Position numbers and translations under genes: made by a program
Assembly: GCF_006345805.1 (NCBI RefSeq)
Contig: NW_021830098.1
Span: 1 to 5,247 of the forward strand
Direction of reading: 5' to 3'
From: Octopus sinensis
Lineage: Eukaryota
DNA length: 5,247 bases
Notes under the pieces: generated by a model
Database searches by the model: none
Seen by the model: only the letters and a program-made list of their open reading frames with translations
What the model was told of the DNA's origin: nothing
Part shown: positions 1-5,247 of the stretch, piece by piece
Layout: every line of letters begins with the position of its first letter
How positions within the stretch are numbered: the stretch's first letter is position 1

Positions 1-493
1 TAAAGAGATCTTTGACGCACGGTCTCTCACTACAACGGGGGCCGTAGCTATCAATGGTTTTAAGGACAGAGTTATTATAATGCCTAGCCCTAACCCCACC
101 AAGAGGAAACGCACGCCACGGCATGGTTATATGGTTTACTCTCCCGTTTTCCCTTAACGTAAAAACTTGTCTAGGTATGGGCTTCCTCAGTTTAGTCGGT
201 AAGCATTTCTCCTGATGCGTGCTTGATATAAATAAAATATCAGTAAGAAGGCCCAAGAAACGTGCTCATGTACAAGTAATGCCACGTATACCTCTAATCG
301 ACAAAAGAGAATGCATTACAGAAACCATTATGCAATTATGTATGAGGTGTGAGTGTCGAAGGGTCCCAGTGGTGCAACGAACATACGGAAATATGTAGAA
401 GCATATTTTAATATCCAAGAGAGGCGAAATGCCACAACTATAGCGAGACACGTATGGACATTGAAGGAAAATGTTGCGCAATATGATATCTGG
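1..493 (+). mobile_element. Degenerate Penelope-like retroelement fragment (RT-distal linker and GIY-YIG endonuclease region), frameshifted, running off the left edge
   Basis: Manual translation across frameshifts gives KEIFDARS...NGFKDRVIIMPSPNPTKRKRTPRH (from nt 2), VIWFTLPFSLNVKTCLGMGFLSLVGKHFS* (126-215), ETCSC (257-271), IPLIDKRECITETI (288-329) and FNIQERRNATTIARHVWTLKENVAQYDIW (407-493). These are colinear with recalled PLE motifs (IIWFNPPFSxNVKTNIGxxFLxLIDKHFP; CNC...CPL..C; STTLSKHIWxLKE...YxIKW). The YIG motif itself is eroded. Homology is from recall only. Confidence 0.8.
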
Positions 494-992
494 CAGAAGA
501 CGGCTATTTTAATTTAATACGACTTCAATGGCGTATGTTGCATCTATTTAGCCGCCATATATTGTTTTTAAACACGGTATATCAATGAGATTTTATCTCA
601 GACGAATACAGCAGTAATTTGTCTGTCAACGATGGATATGCATTAGATATTGGCTGTTTTAATTTAATACTGTTTGAATTGCGGATTCTGGATTTTATTT
701 GGTCAGATGGCTACACGCAATGTTTATTCTGTTTCCTGTATATCAGAGGCGCCAGGTTTTGTCGAGGCATGTGGCGTGATGTGACTACACGCCGTCGATA
801 ACAACTAAGTAGATTAATGTATATCAAATGTTCACTCTAGCCGCTGCTGGGACAATTTTTCGTCACCTTCTTATATATATTGTAATTTTAAACACGGTAC
901 GTCCGTAAGAGATGTTATTTCAGGACGAATACCACAATATTTCGCCTGTATACGGTGTATACACATTAAGTATGGTACTTAGATGGCTACAC
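494..992 (+). repeat. Degenerate direct repeats downstream of the PLE fossil (possible pseudo-LTR relic)
   Basis: GGCTRTTTTAATTTAATAC occurs at 502-520 and 652-670. TTTTAAACACGGTA occurs at 566-579 and 886-899, GACGAATAC at 601-609 and 924-932, and AGATGGCTACAC at 705-716 and 981-992. Overall, about 557-716 is duplicated at about 875-992 with an internal deletion. Confidence 0.65.
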
Positions 993-1216
993 ATACACAC
1001 AAACACACACACACACATGCACATACACACACATACATACATGCATACATACATATGCATACATATATATTTTTTTATTTAAGTTTTGTTTCTATCTTTC
1101 ACGGTTTACGAGCATTACACGAACTCTTAAGTAGAAAAAATATTTATTTATATATTTATATCTGTGTGTGTGTGTATGCACACGCACACATGCATAAATG
1201 TAGATATATACGTATA

Positions 1217-1262
<46 letters not shown>

Positions 1263-1366
1263 CATGCATACATAATATATATAATCATACACATACATGT
1301 AATCACATAAAATGTATATATGTATATGACACTCATATGTGTGTGTGTGTGTGTGTGTGTATGTGT

Positions 1367-1416
<50 letters not shown>
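988..1416. repeat. Compound microsatellite: (CA)n/(CATA)n, (TA)18 at 1223-1258, (TG)n at 1338-1416
   Basis: Directly visible di- and tetranucleotide tracts with a short non-repetitive interruption at about 1075-1140. Confidence 0.97.
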
Positions 1417-1417
<1 letters not shown>

Positions 1418-1631
1418 TAGTTTTTTATTTCTGAGTAAAATGTTAGGAAATATGATCTAAAACCATTCTCCCGGTTTTATAGTTTTATAGATCTGTAAAC
1501 CACATATGTAGAGTTTGCAGTTAACGGTGTAAAATCAATGATATTGTATTGATCTCTAGCTTTTACTCATCGCATTCACTTCAAATGCTATGGCTTTTAT
1601 TTGTTTCCATCTGTATTTCTCGTTGATACAT

Positions 1632-1633
<2 letters not shown>

Positions 1634-1669
<36 letters not shown>
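1634..1669. repeat. (GT)18 microsatellite
   Basis: Perfect dinucleotide run. Confidence 0.98.
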
Positions 1670-1671
<2 letters not shown>

Positions 1672-1924
1672 TGCATTTTAAAAGTCATCACATTTTAGCC
1701 CTGATTCTGCGCAATGCAAGTTCGATTCTGTGAGGATTTAGTCTGCGGTTGTTGTTTGCATCACGCATAGATTGATCATCGACCCAACACGATGCCCTGT
1801 TTAACGCATTTTCCTGTCCCTTGATTTGAGTTATTCCAAATCTCATTCCAAATTCTTATTGCAAACATTCTAATCAAGCTTCTGATACGGGCGATGGATC
1901 GGTTCTTTGATGAACAGATTCATT

Positions 1925-2241
1925 CTACAGGTATCTCGACCCAGTAACATCAATCCTCTTCATGAGTTCCCCTGATGGTAATTCCATACCTTCTCGTCTG
2001 TTGACTTTCCGTCTCATTAGGAATATTACTGACCATTTTTCAGGCGAAATTCCATCGTGATGTCCTTGCTAAAGCCATGAATTGGGTTCTCTAAAGAACT
2101 TACCAGAGCTTCATCCTTACCATAGAACTGGGGACCACCCATAAATAGCAAATGGTTGATCTTTTGCCGTTTTTCTTTAAACTCATATCCAGAAGTTACT
2201 TTTCTCAGAAGCAACATTAAAGGAATCGTGCGTGCAGTGAA
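1925..2241 (-). pseudogene. Degenerate reverse transcriptase fragment of a non-LTR retrotransposon (R4/Dong/Rex6-like)
   Basis: The minus strand reads FTARTIPLMLLLRKVTSGYEFKEKRQKINHLLFMGGPQFYGKDEALVSSLENPIHGFSKDITMEFRLK. After a frameshift near 2035 it continues WSVIFLMRRKVNRREGMELPSGELMKRIDVTGSRYL*. This is colinear with the recalled pattern MIPLSLILRK..GYEF....KINHLLFMDDLKLYGK....FSKDIGMEFG.EKCA....GIELP.G......YKYLG. The catalytic FMDD now reads FMGG (2134-2145). Confidence 0.85.
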
Positions 2242-2297
2242 GCAGGCAAGTTGTCTCTTTTGATTGGGCTTTGGATGCCTGTCTGGGAAGAAGTTTG

Positions 2298-2380
2298 CTT
2301 GGGCAAGGGTCTCCTACTATAGCCTCGGGCCTGTGAGTGGATTTGGTAGACGGAAACTGATAGAAGCCTATTGTGTGTAT
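2298..2380 (+). mobile_element. Internal fragment of an octopus-type SINE
   Basis: CTTGGGCAAGGGTCTCCTACTATAGCCTCGGGCC-TGTGAGTGGATTTGGTAGACGGAAACTGATAGAAGCC resembles, from memory, an abundant Octopus SINE segment that runs into TA/TG repeats. The tRNA-derived head is absent. Not verified by search. Confidence 0.7.
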
Positions 2381-2412
2381 ATATATATACTATATATATA
2401 TATATATATATA
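2378..2412. repeat. (TA)n microsatellite
   Basis: TA run with one C interruption. Confidence 0.95.
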
Positions 2413-2457
2413 CCAGAATGTCATCTTTGTGACCACCTTATGAGTTCTTAACCACTC

Positions 2458-2710
2458 TATATCCCTTATCCTTATATTTTTTTATATATTTTTATATTTT
2501 TTATATCCTTTTATATTCTTTATATATTTTTTTACATTTTTTAACATTTTTTATATTTTTTAGATTTCTATATTTATATTTTTTATTTTTTTATATTTTT
2601 TTTATCTTTCGTCCTTAATCCTCGCTCCTTTATCTTTATCTTTATTTATTTATATTACCAGGTTTTTTCACGTCTGTGTGTATTTATTTATTTATTTATT
2701 TATCTATATT
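2458..2710. repeat. T-rich low-complexity tract (degenerate TTTTTTATA / TTTA units)
   Basis: Almost only T and A on the + strand for about 250 nt. Confidence 0.9.
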
Positions 2711-2871
2711 ACCTCAACATCCAAACTTCCTCCTTCTACATTGAGTGAAAGACGGGATGGACGCTTCGTTTTTGTGCTGGTGCCCCACTCTGTCGTACGC
2801 GACTGTGAGGATTGGCATCCTCAACGTAGAATTTATGATGTAATACATGTCCTTGAAGCAGTAATTGTGCG

Positions 2872-2946
2872 CGGCTGAAGAAGGCCATAGACACACGTTA
2901 TGCATTGTTATAAATCCGTCTAATAAAGGCCCGAACATATGTACCG
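2872..2946 (+). ncRNA. Type I hammerhead ribozyme motif with a damaged core (GAAA reduced to GAA)
   Basis: Stem I CGG(2872-74)/CCG(2944-46); CTGAAGA 2875-81; stem II GGCC(2883-86)/GGCC(2928-31) plus TAGAC(2888-92)/GTCTA(2918-22); C-GAA-C 2932-36; palindrome ACATATGT 2935-42; GTA triplet 2941-43. Confidence 0.65.
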
Positions 2947-3052
2947 GCTGAATCCTTGCATCATGTTTTTTATTTTGATTAATATACTCTACCACCTACA
3001 CCACTAAATGGTATATACAAGTGCTTACAATTATCAAGTATTCACCCTGAAT

Positions 3053-3078
3053 TATATATATATAATATATATATATAT

Positions 3079-3131
<53 letters not shown>
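3053..3131. repeat. Imperfect (TA)n microsatellite
   Basis: Directly visible. Confidence 0.97.
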
Positions 3132-3135
<4 letters not shown>

Positions 3136-3395
3136 GGGAAGAAATGGAGCTGAACGAAGATTTTACAAAATTCCTTTTTATTATTTTCTACGGGCTCCTA
3201 GAGAGCGTTTGTCGAAAAGCTTGCTGCGCATTTTATTTGGAGATTTAAGTTCCTGAATTTTCCTGAAGAGAAAGCTGCAAAATGGTCTCCTTATTCAATC
3301 CGTATTAGGGACTTTGCAACCTTTGAAACATATGTAGAAAATAATAAAAAGGAATTTTGTAAAATCTTCGTTCAGCTCCATTTCTTCCCTCACTA
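3130..3395. repeat. Perfect 62-bp inverted repeat (3130-3191 / 3334-3395) with a 142-bp spacer; MITE-like or inverted PLE terminal repeat
   Basis: TAGTGAGGGAAGAAATGGAGCTGAACGAAGATTTTACAAAATTCCTTTTTATTATTTTCTAC is the exact reverse complement of 3334-3395, checked base by base. Both outer ends are TA. Confidence 0.95.
3257..3342 (+). ncRNA. Type I hammerhead ribozyme with an intact catalytic core and PLE-type palindromic stem III; predicted cleavage after GUA, between 3336 and 3337
   Basis: Stem I ATTTTC(3257-62)/GAAAAT(3337-42); CTGAAGA 3263-69; extra G3270; stem II AAAG(3271-74)/CTTT(3321-24), TGCAAA(3276-81)/TTTGCA(3313-18), GTCTC(3285-89)/GGGAC(3308-12); GAAA 3325-28; stem III inside the palindrome ACATATGT 3328-35; triplet GTA 3334-36. 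Confidence 0.85.
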
Positions 3396-3552
3396 AATAT
3401 ATAAAACTTCAAATTTCCGCACTAAGGCACGGTTTGGAGACCCCATGGTCGTAACCTCAACCGTGATCTTTCTGTTGTGATTTTTGCTACCCAGGTATCG
3501 GTTATAATTTGAATAATCCGTAACAAGATAATTCATTTATCCATTTCAATAA

Positions 3553-3558
3553 TATATA

Positions 3559-3594
<36 letters not shown>

Positions 3595-3616
3595 TGTATG
3601 TATGTATGTATGTATG

Positions 3617-3646
<30 letters not shown>
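3553..3646. repeat. (TA)n followed by (TATG)20 microsatellite
   Basis: Perfect TATG run at 3565-3644. Confidence 0.98.
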
Positions 3647-3647
<1 letters not shown>

Positions 3648-4476
3648 TGCTCCCACACTGCTATAGAGAAGCATCTTCACTCGATGGGAAAGGTTCAGAA
3701 GTATGGAGCATGGGTTCCGCATGCTTTAAGTAACAACAAAAATCAACGAATCACAATCTCAGCTGGTTTGCTTCTTCGTCACCGCTCAACTCATGGACAC
3801 AAGCAACGACTTTTTTACCGAATCGTCACTGGCTGCGAAAAATGGTGCCTGTATATTAATATGAAGGAGCGTAAGAAATGGCTTAGCCCCCGGTAAACGA
3901 GCGACACCGCACGTGAAACAAGTTCTTCATCCGCGTAAAACGATGTCGAGCGTATGGTGGGACTGGGAAGGGATTATCCATCACGAATTACTTGAACGGA
4001 ACCAAACGGTCAACGCGGAACTCTATGTTCAACAGATGGAACGACTCAACATGGCTATTCAAGGGAAAAGACCTAATCGGCAGCATGGAGTTCTTCTGCT
4101 GCACGACAACGCCCGCCCTCATATCGCCAATATGACCAAGGAAGCCATTCAAACGCATGACTGGGAAGTGCTATCACACACGCCGTACTCTCCTGATTTG
4201 GTACCAACGGGTTTCCACCTCTTTCGATCTCTTTCAAATGCTATGGGCGGAGTTTAGTTCAATACAGATACAGAATTGAGAGTTTGGTTGGATCAATTTT
4301 TCGAGTCGAAATCAGGTGATTTTTACCAACGAGGTATTGAAAATCTTGTTGAACGTTGGGAAGAAGTTGTAAACAACAAGGGTGAATACATCATTGATTA
4401 ATTAGTTGTTATTTTTTATTAAACCTTTTAAAAAATTAAAGTTTAAAAAACAGCGGGAACTTAGTTACCAACACAA
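3647..4476 (+). mobile_element. 5'-truncated mariner (DD34D) DNA transposon with right TIR
   Basis: Contains a transposase relic, a 3' UTR and a terminal sequence at 4449-4476 whose reverse complement TTGTGTTGGTAACTAAGTTCCCGCTGTT resembles mariner TIRs. It is followed by TA (4477-78). No matching left TIR is present in the window. Confidence 0.92.
3648..4401 (+). pseudogene. Mariner transposase pseudogene (C-terminal ~250 codons)
   Basis: Motifs WVPHAL, IVTGCEKW (normally GDEKW), LHPRK, VWWDWEG, HDNARPH, YSPDLVPTGFHLF (normally YSPDLAPSDFHLF) and C-terminal RWEEVVNNKGEYIID* (TAA 4399-4401). There are 34 residues between the HDNA aspartate and the third catalytic position. Lesions are a +1 frameshift in the C5 run at 3887-91 and a premature TAG at 4255-57. 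Confidence 0.95.
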
Positions 4477-4483
4477 TAGATAG

Positions 4484-4527
<44 letters not shown>

Positions 4528-4528
4528 G

Positions 4529-4571
<43 letters not shown>

Positions 4572-4627
4572 GGATGGATGGATGGATGGATGGATAGACA
4601 GACAGACAGACAGACAGACAGATAGAC

Positions 4628-4690
<63 letters not shown>

Positions 4691-4759
4691 GAGATAGATA
4701 GATAGATGGATGGATGGATGGATGGATAGACAGACAGACAGACAGACAGACAGATAGAC

Positions 4760-4829
<70 letters not shown>

Positions 4830-4830
4830 C
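4477..4830. repeat. Compound (TAGA)n/(GA)n/(TGGA)n/(CAGA)n microsatellite with a higher-order duplication
   Basis: Directly visible. The block (TGGA)5-6 TAGA (CAGA)6 TAGA CAGA (TAGA)n occurs twice, 132 nt apart. Confidence 0.97.
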
Positions 4831-4979
4831 ATATGCATGTATATATATAAATATGGGGCAGCTTATGATGGAGGTATGTTGGATTGTTGGTATGGCTGTT
4901 TTTGTATATGGATAATATGGTGCTTGACTGAGGAAAGAAAACTTCGAATGACCCGTCCTTGTTTTCTTTGTAACGTCTA

Positions 4980-5054
4980 TCCGGATGTTTTGTTGTCCCT
5001 TTTTGTATCACCTAGTTGTCCGGATGTTTTGCCTTCTTGTCCCGTTTTGCATTA
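4980..5054 (+). repeat. Imperfect short tandem duplication (39-nt offset)
   Basis: TCCGGATGTTTTG at 4980-92 and 5019-31, each followed by TTGTCCC.TTTTG.AT.A. Confidence 0.8.
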
Positions 5055-5247
5055 TATTGTTGCTTGTGACGGACTTTGAATTTTATTCTGCTTAAGAAGG
5101 AAGTTAGTTCTTCCTTACAGGAAAGGAAATCTGCTCTCAACAGAAAGCATCTCCTCCCCACGAGAGAAGTACTCCCAACCCGCGCTTTTTCATTACCTTT
5201 TTCGGTTGTAAATTTTATCGTTCTTCCAAAAAATTCTACTTCAGCTT

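Noticed and set aside
266-801. ORFs 266-481 (-) and 619-801 (+)
   Set aside because: The first is antisense to the PLE fossil. The second starts at GTG in degenerate repeats. Neither has a recognisable domain.
983-1420. 145-aa ORF (+) and nested 62-aa ORF (-)
   Set aside because: Translations of CA/TA/TG microsatellites (THTH, YIYI, CVCV); no coding signal.
2803-2828. CTGTGAGGATTGGCATCCTCAACGTA as another hammerhead
   Set aside because: It is a 7-bp hairpin (2806-12/2817-23), but both core segments are defective and no stem I forms.
2678-2995. Overlapping ORFs 2678-2878 (+) and 2714-2995 (-)
   Set aside because: No recognisable motifs; the region is better explained by the non-coding hammerhead unit.
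3008-3256. 82-aa ORF
   Set aside because: Mostly (TA)n plus the inverted-repeat arm.
2935-3335. Heterodimeric double hammerhead between the two ACATATGT-bearing motifs
   Set aside because: Stem III could cross-pair, but the stem I arms (CGG/CCG versus ATTTTC/GAAAAT) are incompatible, and one core is damaged.
4436-5011. 191-aa and 125-aa minus-strand ORFs
   Set aside because: [12 protein letters not shown] repeats are readouts of the TAGA/CAGA/TGGA array, which lacks stops on that strand.
4837-5079. 80-aa ORF
   Set aside because: Starts in a repeat, and its internal PDV repeats reflect the short tandem duplication.
1-5247. CRISPR array, tRNA/rRNA genes, prokaryotic operon signals, host exons
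   Set aside because: No regularly spaced repeat-spacer structure, cloverleaf or rRNA motif was seen, and no exon could be supported.

Overview
AT-rich, non-genic eukaryotic DNA, probably from an octopus. That host call comes from recall of a cephalopod SINE-like segment and the microsatellite style, not from a search. No intact gene is supported. The window is a mosaic of decayed mobile elements separated by microsatellites: a Penelope-like element (PLE) fossil covering the linker and GIY-YIG region (1-493, +) followed by degenerate repeats; an R4/Rex6-like non-LTR reverse transcriptase fossil (1925-2241, -); a SINE fragment (2298-2380); and a 5'-truncated mariner with its right TIR (3647-4476, +). 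The most notable content is not in the ORF track. A type I hammerhead ribozyme with an intact core and a palindromic stem III (3257-3342, +) sits inside a perfect 62-bp inverted repeat whose inner end lies 3 nt from the predicted cleavage site. A second, slightly damaged hammerhead of the same design lies about 390 nt upstream (2872-2946), and several weaker relics occur elsewhere. Together these suggest a small PLE-related, retrozyme-like element family embedded in (TA)n tracts. Most listed ORFs are repeat artefacts.
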